This document shows, in pieces, positions 27,572 through 37,373 of a stretch of 64,000 nt of DNA. Under the pieces are notes generated by a model. It saw only the letters and a program-made list of their open reading frames with translations. It searched no databases and was not told the DNA's origin. How positions within the stretch are numbered: position 1 is the first letter of the stretch; every line of letters starts with the position of its first letter. Source of the DNA: an uncultured Clostridia bacterium (lineage in GTDB: Bacteria > Bacillota > Clostridia > TANB77 > CAG-508); the NCBI GenBank assembly GCA_963558185.1, contig CAUWFE010000003.1, positions 14,135 to 78,134 on the forward strand. The letters run 5' to 3'. Made by a program: the position numbers and the translations under genes.

Positions 27572-28585
27572 TTATATTTTAGAGTTTTCTATACTAATAG
27601 CATGGGCAATACCAGGAATAGATTCTCCTTGTTGAGAACTAGTTGAATTCATAAGAGCACCAGTTGCAATTAGTAATAATTTATTTATTTTTTTATCTTG
27701 TAATAACTTATAAAAATATCCAGAAAATACAGTAGCAATACAAGCACAACCACTTCCACCAGAGTGAGTGTCTTGATTTTGTTTATCAAAAATTAATTTT
27801 CCACAATCATTGTGTAAATTATTTATATTATAACCTTTATTTTTACATAAATCTTGTAAGATATCAGAACCAACATAACCTAAATCACCAGTAACAATAG
27901 CATCATAATAGCTAGGTGCTCTGTTAGTATCTTGAAAATGAGTAATTAATGTATCAAAAGCAGCTGGAGCCATGGCAGCTCCCATATTATTTGCATCTTT
28001 AATTCCCATATCTACAATTTTCCCAGGAGTAATATGAGTTATAAAAGGACCATTCCCTTCTTCAGAAATAATAGCACTACCAGAACCAGTTACTGTCCAT
28101 TGAGCAGTAGGAGGTCTTTGATTACCTAATTCTAGTGGAAAACGAAATTGTTTTTCTGCACTACAAAAATGACTAGATGCTGCACAAACAATATTCTTTG
28201 CGGCTTTAGAATCAACAAATACAGAAGCTAAACACATACTTTCTACAAATGTAGAACATGCACCGAAAACTCCAAAAAAAGGAATATTTATTTCTCTAAG
28301 ACCAAAACTAGAAGAAATACATTGATTTAATAAATCACCCGCAAAACAAAAGTCAATATTTGTATTAGTAATATTAGATTTTGCAATAACAGCATTAACA
28401 GTTTCTTTTATTATTTTACTTTCAGCTTTTTCCCAGCTTTTTTCTCCCCAAAATTCATCTTCTAAACAACGATCAAAATATTTAGCAAGAGGACCTTCAC
28501 CTTCTTTAGGTCCTACAATAGATGCTACTTGAGTAATTGTAGGAAAATTATCCATTCTAATTGTTTGCTTTCCAAGCTTTTTCAT
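27572..28585 (-). CDS. spoVAD: Stage V sporulation protein AD (thiolase/KAS-like fold)
   Basis: About 337 aa with a beta-ketoacyl synthase-like fold (GVFGACSTFVES, SGGSGCACIATV). It lies between spoVAC and spoVAE. Confidence 0.85.
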   Translation of the reverse strand: MKKLGKQTIRMDNFPTITQVASIVGPKEGEGPLAKYFDRCLEDEFWGEKSWEKAESKIIKETVNAVIAKSNITNTNIDFCFAGDLLNQCISSSFGLREINIPFFGVFGACSTFVESMCLASVFVDSKAAKNIVCAASSHFCSAEKQFRFPLELGNQRPPTAQWTVTGSGSAIISEEGNGPFITHITPGKIVDMGIKDANNMGAAMAPAAFDTLITHFQDTNRAPSYYDAIVTGDLGYVGSDILQDLCKNKGYNINNLHNDCGKLIFDKQNQDTHSGGSGCACIATVFSGYFYKLLQDKKINKLLLIATGALMNSTSSQQGESIPGIAHAISIENSKI

Positions 28586-28605
28586 AATTTCATCCCTTTC
28601 TTAAA

Positions 28606-29052
28606 TTAAACAAAAAAACAATAAATCATTCCTATAATAACAGAAGCAGAAATACCAAAAACTAATACAGGACCTGCAACAGTAAACATCTTTCCGCCTA
28701 CACCCATAATGTATCCTTCAGATTTATATTCAATTGCAGGAGATACAATAGAATTTGCAAAACCTGTAATAGGAACTAAAGAACCTGCACCAGCAAATTT
28801 TCCAATTCTGTTGAAAATATTTAAGCCAGTTAATAATGCAGAAATACCAATTAAAATAATAGAAACTACAGTATTACAAGCAGCAGTATCTAAACCTTGA
28901 TATTTGCAAAAGAAAAAAATCAATTGACCTATACTACATATTAAACCTCCAACAAAAAAGGCTTTTATACAATTTGTGAAAATAGGTGAATTTGGAGATT
29001 TTTTATCTACATATTCACTATATTTTTTCGGTGAATCCATTGGATTATCCAT
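28606..29052 (-). CDS. spoVAC: Stage V sporulation protein AC
   Basis: Polytopic membrane protein with SpoVAC signature blocks (FFVGGLICSIGQ, FAGAGSLVPITGFANSIVSPAIEYKSEG). Confidence 0.85.
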   Translation of the reverse strand: MDNPMDSPKKYSEYVDKKSPNSPIFTNCIKAFFVGGLICSIGQLIFFFCKYQGLDTAACNTVVSIILIGISALLTGLNIFNRIGKFAGAGSLVPITGFANSIVSPAIEYKSEGYIMGVGGKMFTVAGPVLVFGISASVIIGMIYCFFV

Positions 29053-29066
29053 AATAAAACCTCCTT

Positions 29067-29282
29067 TTAATCTCTATCTCTATCAATAACAAAACTTAAG
29101 TCTATATCTACAAAATATTCTGTAATTTTTTTACCAGAAACATGAGCCCTTTGATCTAAAATTTTTACAGAAGAAATATAGTCAATAGTTTTTGAAGCTT
29201 CTGCAATAGTTTGTACAATTGCATCTTTCCAAGATACTGTAGAAGTACCAGTTACAACAATATGTTTTTCCATTAATACCAA
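29067..29282 (-). CDS. Dodecin-family protein, first gene of the spoVA transcription unit
   Basis: HIVVTGTSTVSWKDAIVQTIAEASKTIDYISSVKILDQRAHVSGKKITEYFVDIDLSFVID aligns with the dodecin consensus (VKVIELVGTS..SWEDA...A..A..T...I...EV......V.DGKI.EY...V.V.F). The start is probably the internal MEKH. Confidence 0.5.
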   Translation of the reverse strand: MVLMEKHIVVTGTSTVSWKDAIVQTIAEASKTIDYISSVKILDQRAHVSGKKITEYFVDIDLSFVIDRDRD

Positions 29283-29410
29283 TCCTTTCTAAACAAGTTT
29301 TTCTTAAAAATATATTTACCAAATTTTCTAATTTTATACATAATTATTGACATAGAATTTGATATTAAATATAATAGAATAAGAAATGAACAAACGAAAG
29401 GAAATAAAAA

Positions 29411-31102
29411 ATGAGTAGAAAAAGGGAAAAAAAAGTTAAAACGAATAGAATATTTATTAAAATAATAGTTATAGCAATATTTTTAATTGCAATAATTGCT
29501 ATACTACAAATAGCACCCAATTATGTAAGAGATAAAGAAACAGGAAAAATAAATATACTTATAAATAATAATAATGTAACTAATAGCATGAAATACGATA
29601 TATTTCTGCAAAATGGAATAATCTATATGTCGACAAAAGATATTGCAAATTTCCTTGATGAGAATATTTATTATGATAATAATTATAATCAAATTTTAAC
29701 TGGTTCTGACACTAAAATGGCAAGTATGCCAATTGATAAGAATGAAATGTATATTAATAGTGTAAAGCAAGAAATTAAAGGAAAAGCAATTCAAAAAGAT
29801 GAAACATTTTATTTACCAGTTTCAGAAATGAACAATATTTATAATATAGAAATTGAATATATTGAGGATACAAATAGAGTAATAATAGATTCAATAAGTA
29901 GAGAAAAGAAAATGGCTAATAGTGCTGGTAACTATGATGTAAAATCTTTACCTACAAGTTTTTCAAAAACAGTGGCAAAAATAAAAAAAGGTGAAAATGT
30001 TACTATTGTAAAAGACGAAGAGAATGAGACAGACTGGATTAAAATTAGAACAAAAGATGGAATTATAGGATATGTAAAAAAGGTTGCAAATACATATTCA
30101 GTAAGAGAAAATATGGAAAAACAAAAGCAAATAGATGGTACTATCAGTATGTTTTGGGACTATTACTCTGAATATGCAGATGCTCCTGAAAGAACAGAAA
30201 AAATTTCTGGTGTAAATGTGGTTTCTCCTGCTTTTGCCCATTTGTCAGATGAAGAAGAGGGAGATATAGAATTAAATATAGGAAAATCTGGTAAAGAATA
30301 TATAAAATGGGCACATGATAATGAATATAGAGTATGGGCAATGGTATCAAATAATATTTCAAGTTCAAAAATTAAAGATATAACTTCAAAAATATTAAGA
30401 GATTATAAATTAAGAGAAAAATTGATAAATAATATAGTAAATATGACTTTAGAGTATGATTTAGACGGAATAAATATAGATTTTGAAAATATATATAAAG
30501 ATGATAAAGATTATTTATCAAGATTTATTATTGAACTTGCACCTAGACTTCATGAATATGGAAAAGTATTATCTGTAGATGTTACAGCACCAGATGGGGG
30601 AGACGACTGGTCACTTTGCTATGACCGCCATTTAATAGGAAAAGTAGCAGATTATTTAGTATTTATGGCATATGACCAATATGGACAGACTTCTGATGAA
30701 GCTGGAACAACAGCAGGTGCTGACTGGGTAGAAGTCAATTTAAAGAAGTTTGTAGGAACACAAGAAGATGTAGATGCAGATAGAATTATTTTAGGTATGC
30801 CATTCTATGCAAGACAATGGAAAGAAAAAAATGGTGATATAACTAGTTCAGTAGTGTCAATGAAATATATTGACGAAGTTGTTCCAGAGACAGCACAAAG
30901 AACATGGTTAGAGGATAAAAAACAATACTATGTAGAATATGAAAAAGATGAAAGTAAGTGTAAAATGTGGATAGAAGATGAAGAATCTTTAAAAGCAAAA
31001 TTTGAACTTATGAAAAAATACAATTTAGCAGGTGCTGCATATTGGGCAAAAGATATGGAAAAAGATAATACTTGGGATATGATAGCAGAGCAAATAAAAT
31101 AG
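29411..31102 (+). CDS. Membrane-anchored glycoside hydrolase family 18 protein (YdhD/YaaH-like spore peptidoglycan hydrolase) with SH3b and Cu-amine-oxidase-N-like domains
   Basis: N-terminal TM. An SH3b-like segment includes KKGENVTIVKDEENETDWIKIRTKDGIIGYVKK. The GH18 catalytic motif is DGINIDFENI (DxxDxDxE). Confidence 0.65.
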   Translation: MSRKREKKVKTNRIFIKIIVIAIFLIAIIAILQIAPNYVRDKETGKINILINNNNVTNSMKYDIFLQNGIIYMSTKDIANFLDENIYYDNNYNQILTGSDTKMASMPIDKNEMYINSVKQEIKGKAIQKDETFYLPVSEMNNIYNIEIEYIEDTNRVIIDSISREKKMANSAGNYDVKSLPTSFSKTVAKIKKGENVTIVKDEENETDWIKIRTKDGIIGYVKKVANTYSVRENMEKQKQIDGTISMFWDYYSEYADAPERTEKISGVNVVSPAFAHLSDEEEGDIELNIGKSGKEYIKWAHDNEYRVWAMVSNNISSSKIKDITSKILRDYKLREKLINNIVNMTLEYDLDGINIDFENIYKDDKDYLSRFIIELAPRLHEYGKVLSVDVTAPDGGDDWSLCYDRHLIGKVADYLVFMAYDQYGQTSDEAGTTAGADWVEVNLKKFVGTQEDVDADRIILGMPFYARQWKEKNGDITSSVVSMKYIDEVVPETAQRTWLEDKKQYYVEYEKDESKCKMWIEDEESLKAKFELMKKYNLAGAAYWAKDMEKDNTWDMIAEQIK

Positions 31103-31157
31103 GTATAAAAATAATATCACTTTCATAGAATTAAACAAGCTATGGAGGTGATTTTTT

Positions 31158-32048
31158 ATGGCTTTAAAATATATCATATTAAATAAAAATAAAGGAAAAT
31201 CAATAGGCAATATTTTAGGGATGGTGAAAATAGAAAATAAAGGTATGAATGTACATATTATAGAAATTCCCAATAAAAAGAAGAAATGGACAATAAAAAA
31301 GATAAAAAAGCAAATACAAGATGATGATGTGATAATGCTGTCAAATGATTTACAAGAATACAAAAAATATATTCCTAATAAAAATATAAAAAAAGTACAA
31401 ATAAAACCATATCTACTTGAAGATATAATAAAATTTATTATAAAAAATAATAAAAGTAATTTGAAATTAGAAATGCAAGATTTATATTTTTTATGCAAAG
31501 AATGTAACATTAAGATAATTGAGATGTTAGAATTTTTTTTAAGAAGAGTTCGAACTATAAATATTATTGCAGAAAATATTTCAGCATATCAAAAGTGTAT
31601 AGAAAAGTATCCAGAAGAAGAGGCGATGAATATTACAATTTCAAATAATTATAGGAAAAGTTTGAAAAGGGCCAAATGGGTAATTAATGTAGATATGAAA
31701 TTAGAAGAAATAAAGAGGTATACTTTAAGAAGAGACGGAATATTTATACAATTACAAGATGAAAAGATTTTAGGTTTATTAGGTTTTGAGGGAATAATAA
31801 TTGATGATGTAGAAATAGATATTGCAGAAGAAATAAAAGAAAGGTATAAGAAATGGGGAATAGGGGAAATGTTTTGTGTAAAGGATTTGTATGAGAGTGA
31901 CTGGACTTGTGAAACAACATACTATGAAAATGTGCAAAAAATGAAAAAAGAACAAGTAATTTTGAAAAACTTAATTGGAATTAATGGAATAATAGAAAAA
32001 GAAGAATTTAAAAATACAAAAATATCCTTGACAAATACTAAAAACTAG
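31158..32048 (+). CDS. Hypothetical protein
   Basis: A 296-aa ORF with RBS GGAGGTGA. Lys-rich, with no recognised domain. Confidence 0.35.
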   Translation: MALKYIILNKNKGKSIGNILGMVKIENKGMNVHIIEIPNKKKKWTIKKIKKQIQDDDVIMLSNDLQEYKKYIPNKNIKKVQIKPYLLEDIIKFIIKNNKSNLKLEMQDLYFLCKECNIKIIEMLEFFLRRVRTINIIAENISAYQKCIEKYPEEEAMNITISNNYRKSLKRAKWVINVDMKLEEIKRYTLRRDGIFIQLQDEKILGLLGFEGIIIDDVEIDIAEEIKERYKKWGIGEMFCVKDLYESDWTCETTYYENVQKMKKEQVILKNLIGINGIIEKEEFKNTKISLTNTKN

Positions 32049-32141
32049 TTTAATATATAACAGTTAGTATAGATAGAAGGTGAACTAAAATGTTAGCTAT
32101 TAAAAGTTGCATTTTAGTTTTATATATAAGGAGGAATAAAA

Positions 32142-32621
32142 ATGGATGACAATAAAGAGGTAATTTTAACACAAGAAGGATATGAAAAGCTAGAACAAGA
32201 ATTAGATTATTTAAGAACTACTAAAAGAGCTGAAGTAGCTGAAAGAATAAAAGTAGCTTTAGGTTTTGGAGATTTATCTGAGAATTCAGAATATGATGAA
32301 GCTAAAACAGCTCAAGCTGATAATGAAGCTAAAATTGCAGACTTAGAAAATAAAATACGTTATGCAAAAATAATTGATGAATCAGAAATTGATACTAAAA
32401 CAGTTCAAGTAGGTAATACTGTTAAAGTATTAGATATGGAATTTGATGAAGAAGAAACTTATACAATAGTAGGTTCTACAGAAGTAGACTTATCACAAAA
32501 TAGAATTTCTAATGAATCACCAATTGGAAAAGCTTTATTAGGTGCAAAGAAAAATCAAGTAGTTTCAGTTGAAGCACCAGCAGGAATTATTAAATTAAAA
32601 GTATTGTCAATTACTTTATAA
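32142..32621 (+). CDS. greA: Transcription elongation factor GreA
   Basis: [47 protein letters not shown] coiled-coil and acidic tip. C-terminal FKBP-like domain. Confidence 0.9.
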   Translation: MDDNKEVILTQEGYEKLEQELDYLRTTKRAEVAERIKVALGFGDLSENSEYDEAKTAQADNEAKIADLENKIRYAKIIDESEIDTKTVQVGNTVKVLDMEFDEEETYTIVGSTEVDLSQNRISNESPIGKALLGAKKNQVVSVEAPAGIIKLKVLSITL

Positions 32622-32706
32622 AGTATGGTATTTTACCATGCTTTTTTTTCATAATATAGTAAATATAATATATTGAAATATGTTTATAAATAATAGGAGG
32701 AGTATA

Positions 32707-33258
32707 ATGAAAGTAAAAGTGTTCAATCTTGAAAATGTAACACCAGAAGAAGTTGATAGAAAAGTAGAGAAAGTAAGAGCTATTATTTTAAATGACGAAG
32801 GAAAAGTTCTAGTAGGAAATTATGCAGGAGTATATTTATTACCAGGTGGATCTATAGATAGAGATGAAGAAGAAAAACAAGCATTAACAAGGGAAATTTT
32901 AGAGGAAACAGGTATTGAAAATGTAAACTTAGAAAATACTCCTTTTTTGAAATTACAAGCATTGGATAGAAATTATTTTGATAGAAAAGAAAAAAGAGAA
33001 TTAAACAGGCAAACTAATACAACTTTTTATTATGGAAGGACAAATAGTTCAATTGATTTAAATAAACAACAATTAACACAAAGTGAAAAAAATAGTCGTT
33101 TTAAAATTTCATTTGAAAACTTATCAATACTTACATATTTAATTGAAAATAACAAAACTACAAATAGTAAAAAATATGTATATGAAAGAGAAATGCTTAC
33201 AGTATTAAAAGAATTTGCAGAATATAGAAGAGAAAAATATATAGAAAGTGAAAGATAG
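32707..33258 (+). CDS. NUDIX hydrolase
   Basis: Nudix box GGSIDRDEEEKQALTREILEETGI. ATG start after AGGAGGAG. The track ORF begins upstream at 32680. Confidence 0.7.
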   Translation: MKVKVFNLENVTPEEVDRKVEKVRAIILNDEGKVLVGNYAGVYLLPGGSIDRDEEEKQALTREILEETGIENVNLENTPFLKLQALDRNYFDRKEKRELNRQTNTTFYYGRTNSSIDLNKQQLTQSEKNSRFKISFENLSILTYLIENNKTTNSKKYVYEREMLTVLKEFAEYRREKYIESER

Positions 33259-33324
33259 GAAAAGTGGTTTTGTAAATACATGTCCAATGAAAACTGATTG
33301 CAATTGTGAATAAATTATATAATA

Positions 33325-33371
33325 AAAAGGTTTCAATACATATGAAAGTCATATAGTAAGTGAAACCTTTT
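33325..33371. terminator. Bidirectional terminator (compound hairpin)
   Basis: AAAAGGTTTCA...TGAAACCTTTT outer stem with an inner ATATGA-aag-TCATAT stem. Confidence 0.6.
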
Positions 33372-33378
33372 AAAATAA

Positions 33379-34101
33379 TTAAATTTCTAATATTTTTCTA
33401 GCTTTTTCAACATCTTCATTATTAGCTGTTCGTATATTTTCTAGTGGATAATCAAAACATAATTTTTCCCACTTGAATTTTCCTAAATTGTGATATGGCA
33501 AAATTTCAACTTTTTCTACAGTATTTAAGCTTTCTATAAATTTTTTTAAATTTTTAAGATCATTTTCATCATCTGTAATTCCAGGAACAAGTACTTGTCT
33601 AATCCACATTGACTTATTATTAGTACTTAGGTAATGTGCAAATTCTAATTCATTTTTATTTGACTGACCTGTAAGCCATATGCATTTTTCATCATTAATA
33701 CATTTAATATCTAATAAAAATAAGTCAGTTAATTCAATTATTTTGGCAATTTTCTCTGTAATTGGTAAATTACCAGAAGTATCAATACAAGTATGAATAT
33801 TTTGATTTTTTAATTCTTGTAAAAGCTCAATTAAAAAGTCAGCTTGTAATAATGGCTCACCACCACTTATTGTAACGCCACCATTAGGGCATATATAATT
33901 TTTATATTTCATAATTTTTTGCATAATTTCATTAACAGAATATGTTGTACCAGCATTAATAGGCCAAGTATCTCTATTTTGACAATATTTACAATTCATA
34001 TTACACCCTTGCATAAATATAACAAATCGTATTCCTGGACCATCTACAGCTCCTAAACTTTCAAAAGAATGTATTTTACCTTGAATTTCATTTTGTATCA
34101 T
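33379..34101 (-). CDS. pflA: Pyruvate formate-lyase activating enzyme (radical SAM)
   Basis: CNMNCKYCQN is the CX3CX2C cluster. The glycyl-radical activase N-terminus GxVHSxES-like block (GKIHSFESLGAVDGPGIRFV) is present. Confidence 0.85.
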   Translation of the reverse strand: MIQNEIQGKIHSFESLGAVDGPGIRFVIFMQGCNMNCKYCQNRDTWPINAGTTYSVNEIMQKIMKYKNYICPNGGVTISGGEPLLQADFLIELLQELKNQNIHTCIDTSGNLPITEKIAKIIELTDLFLLDIKCINDEKCIWLTGQSNKNELEFAHYLSTNNKSMWIRQVLVPGITDDENDLKNLKKFIESLNTVEKVEILPYHNLGKFKWEKLCFDYPLENIRTANNEDVEKARKILEI

Positions 34102-34218
34102 TTTATTGTATCCTCCACATATATTAGTATTTTAATAAAATCTTAAAAGAACTTTTAAAATCGATTATAAAAAATAGAATATACTACAAAAAGTAAATAT
34201 ATTCTATTTTTTTGTAAT

Positions 34219-36453
34219 TTAGAATTTTTCTTGAATTGTTCTATTAATAACATCTAATTGTTGTTCACGTGTTAACTTAATAAAATTAACTGCATATCCA
34301 GAAACACGAATTGTAAGTTGAGGATATTTTTCTGGGTGATCCATTGCATCTAAAAGTAATGCTCTATCAAATACATTAACATTTATATGATGGCCAGTTT
34401 GTTTAAAATAACCATCTAATAAGCTAATTAAATTGTTAACTTGTGTATCTAATTCTTTTCCTAAAGTTCCAGGAGTAATAGAAAATGTATAAGAAATACC
34501 ATCTTCTGAATATTCATAAGGAAGTTTAGCAATTGAATTCATAACAGCTACAGAACCATTTGTATCTCTTCCATGAAGAGGGTTTGCACCTGGACCAAAA
34601 GGTTCACCAGCACGTCTACCGTCAGGAGTATTTCCTGTTGCTTTTCCATAAACTACATTTGAAGTAATTGTTAAAATTGATAATGTATGTTTTGAATGTC
34701 TATATGTTTGATATTTTTGTAATTTTCTCATAAAAGTTTTAACAATATTAACAGCAATTTCATCTACTCTATCATCATCATTACCGAATTTTGGAAAATC
34801 TCCTTCAGTTTCATAATCAACAGCAAGACCAGTTTCATCACGAATAACTTTTACTTTTGCATATTTGATAGCAGATAAAGAATCAGCTACAACAGAAAGT
34901 CCAGCAATTCCACAAGCCATTGTTCTTAATATTTCTCTATCATGTAAAGCCATTTCTAAAGCTTCATATGAATATTTATCATGCATATAATGAATTGCGT
35001 TTAATGCTTTTATATAGATTTTAGCTACATAATCCATCATTAAATCAAATTTTTCCATTACTTCGTCATAATTTAAATATTCAGAAGTAATAGGTGAGTA
35101 TTTTGGTGCAATTTGTTTTCCACTTTTTTCATCTCTACCACCATTAATTGCATAAAGTAAAGTTTTTGCAAGGTTAGCTCTTGCACCGAAGAATTGCATT
35201 TGTTTACCAATTTTCATAGCAGAAACGCAACAAGCAATTCCGTAATCATCCCCTAAAGTTACTCTCATTAAATCATCATTTTCATATTGAATAGAAGATG
35301 TTTGAATAGAAAGTTTAGTAGTATATTTTTTAAAGTTTTCAGGTAAGTTATTAGACCATAATACTGTTAAGTTAGGTTCTGGAGCAGGGCCTAAATTAGT
35401 TAGAGTATGAAGTACTCTAAATGAGTTTTTAGTAACTAAAGTTCTACCATCAACTCCCATACCACCAATACTTTCTGTAACCCAAACAGGGTCTCCACTA
35501 AATAATTCATTATATTCAGGTGCACGTAAAAAGCGAATCATACGTAATTTCATTACAAAGTGATCCATTAATTCTTGTGCTTGTTCTTCTGTTAAAGTTC
35601 CATTTTCTAAATCTCTTTGAATATATATATCAAGGAATGTAGAAGTTCTACCTAAACTCATAGCAGCACCATTTTGGTCTTTAGTTGCTCCTAAGTAAGC
35701 AAAATATAACCATTGGATAGCTTCTTTTGCATTAGATGCAGGAACAGAAATATCAAAACCATAACGAGCAGCCATTTTCTTTAAATCTTCTAATGCTATA
35801 ATTTGGTCATGAATTTCTTCTCTTTCTCTAATTATTTCTTCAGTAAATATATCAGTATCTAAAATTTCTAATTCATGCTTTTTCTCTTCAATTAATACAT
35901 CAACACCATATAATGCAACTCTTCTATAATCACCAATTATTCTACCACGACCGTATCCATCTGGTAAGCCTGTAATTAAATGTGAACTTCTAGCTGCACG
36001 TACATCTGGAGTATATACAGAGAAAACACCATCATTATGAGTTCTTCTTAAATTATTATAAATATAATCTGTTTGTGCATCTACTTCATATCCATAAGAA
36101 GTACATGATTTTTCTACAATTTTAATACCTCCATTAGGCATTATAGCTCTTTTTAAAGGCTTATCTGTTTGAAGCCCAACTATTTCTTCTAAATCTTTAT
36201 CAATATATCCTGCATCATATGCATTAACAGCAGATGGAGTTTTTGTATCTACATCTAATACTCCATTTTTTCTTTCTTCTTCATAAAGTTTTAATACTTG
36301 ATTCCATAAATTTTTTGTTTTATCAGTAGGCTTTGCTAAGAAAGAATCATCACCTAAATAAGGTGTGTAATTTGCTTGAATAAATCCTCTTACATCTATT
36401 TCTTTAGTCCATTCGCCTAAAAAATTAAATCCATTCCATTGTTTGAAATTCAT
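34219..36453 (-). CDS. pflB: Formate C-acetyltransferase (pyruvate formate-lyase)
   Basis: Glycyl-radical motif RVSGYAVNF near the C-terminus and the active-site CC (GIACCVSAM). The start is taken at MNFKQWNGF after AAGGAAGGAA, not the upstream in-frame extension. Confidence 0.9.
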   Translation of the reverse strand: MNFKQWNGFNFLGEWTKEIDVRGFIQANYTPYLGDDSFLAKPTDKTKNLWNQVLKLYEEERKNGVLDVDTKTPSAVNAYDAGYIDKDLEEIVGLQTDKPLKRAIMPNGGIKIVEKSCTSYGYEVDAQTDYIYNNLRRTHNDGVFSVYTPDVRAARSSHLITGLPDGYGRGRIIGDYRRVALYGVDVLIEEKKHELEILDTDIFTEEIIREREEIHDQIIALEDLKKMAARYGFDISVPASNAKEAIQWLYFAYLGATKDQNGAAMSLGRTSTFLDIYIQRDLENGTLTEEQAQELMDHFVMKLRMIRFLRAPEYNELFSGDPVWVTESIGGMGVDGRTLVTKNSFRVLHTLTNLGPAPEPNLTVLWSNNLPENFKKYTTKLSIQTSSIQYENDDLMRVTLGDDYGIACCVSAMKIGKQMQFFGARANLAKTLLYAINGGRDEKSGKQIAPKYSPITSEYLNYDEVMEKFDLMMDYVAKIYIKALNAIHYMHDKYSYEALEMALHDREILRTMACGIAGLSVVADSLSAIKYAKVKVIRDETGLAVDYETEGDFPKFGNDDDRVDEIAVNIVKTFMRKLQKYQTYRHSKHTLSILTITSNVVYGKATGNTPDGRRAGEPFGPGANPLHGRDTNGSVAVMNSIAKLPYEYSEDGISYTFSITPGTLGKELDTQVNNLISLLDGYFKQTGHHINVNVFDRALLLDAMDHPEKYPQLTIRVSGYAVNFIKLTREQQLDVINRTIQEKF

Positions 36454-36590
36454 AATAAATTCCTTCCTTTCTTGTTTATGTAAGGCATCAAAATACCTTA
36501 CTAATATACAAAAATATATTAACATACCATTTATATTTTTGCAATGGAAAATTTTGAAATTAATGTTTAATATTTTTTATAATTTTTGCT

Positions 36591-36776
36591 AAAAAGCTTT
36601 GAAATATAATCTTTAAATGAAATGACGAATGTATATGGAGAAATTTTAGAAATTCTTTGTAATTTTATGGAAAGAGTTCACTTTTAGTGGAAGGGTGCCA
36701 TAAAATAAATTAGAATTTCTTAAATTTCGTAATAAACATTAAGGAATGTAATGAAAAGATTATATTTCAAAGCGTT
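36591..36776. repeat. Intergenic palindromic repeat element, copy 2. It is in inverted orientation relative to copy 1.
   Basis: Arms AAAGCTTTGAAATATAATCTTT and AAAGATTATATTTCAAAGCGTTTT. The core GGAAGGGTGCCATAAAATAAATTAGAATTTCTTAAATTTCGTAATAAAC is the reverse complement of 5360-5410. Confidence 0.8.
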
Positions 36777-36851
36777 TTTTGTATTAATTAGAATAAAAAG
36801 AAAAATAATGCCCTGAAAAAAAGCATTATTTTGAAAAAGATTTATTTAGAA

Positions 36852-37193
36852 TTAATTGTTCTGTGCATCATAAATAAGATTAGCTATTTTGTAAATCAAT
36901 TTTTGATTTTTAGGAGTACATAATTTTAGTAGATCAGAAAATTCAGAATCTAAATACTTATGAGACGCATTAGAGACACCATCTAAAATTTGTCCTTCTG
37001 AAACACCTAAAATCGAACAAATCTGTGATAGCCTGTGTAAATTTAAATGAATGCTACCACTTTCTACTTTACTTAAATAAGCAATAGAAACGTTCATTCT
37101 TTCAGATAATTCTACTTGTGTCATTTGTCTCGATTTCCTTGCTCTTTTAATGCGTCCACCGATTACTGAGTAATCTAAAGCCATATCTACCAT
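36852..37193 (-). CDS. XRE-family helix-turn-helix transcriptional regulator
   Basis: HTH_XRE motif RIKRARKSRQMTQVELSERMNVSIAYLSKVESG. Confidence 0.7.
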   Translation of the reverse strand: MVDMALDYSVIGGRIKRARKSRQMTQVELSERMNVSIAYLSKVESGSIHLNLHRLSQICSILGVSEGQILDGVSNASHKYLDSEFSDLLKLCTPKNQKLIYKIANLIYDAQNN

Positions 37194-37373
37194 CCTTTCA
37201 ATTTAATCAGTGATTATATTTTATAATGATAATAGAAATTTTACAAGATAATCATAGATAAAATTAGAGCTATAGTTTAAAAAAATCTCTGTAATACTAT
37301 TGAAATCAACTAAAAAAAATGTCATAAATTTATGACATTTAATATGGGGTTTAAGTTAACTTGAAACTATAAG

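Noticed and set aside
36454-36525. A 24-codon N-terminal extension of pflB ([24 protein letters not shown]...), and the similar upstream extension of serS (12745-12789)
   Set aside because: Good RBSs precede the internal Met codons (MNFKQW and MLDIKF). The extensions are hydrophobic junk, and for serS the extension lies within the T-box leader and terminator.
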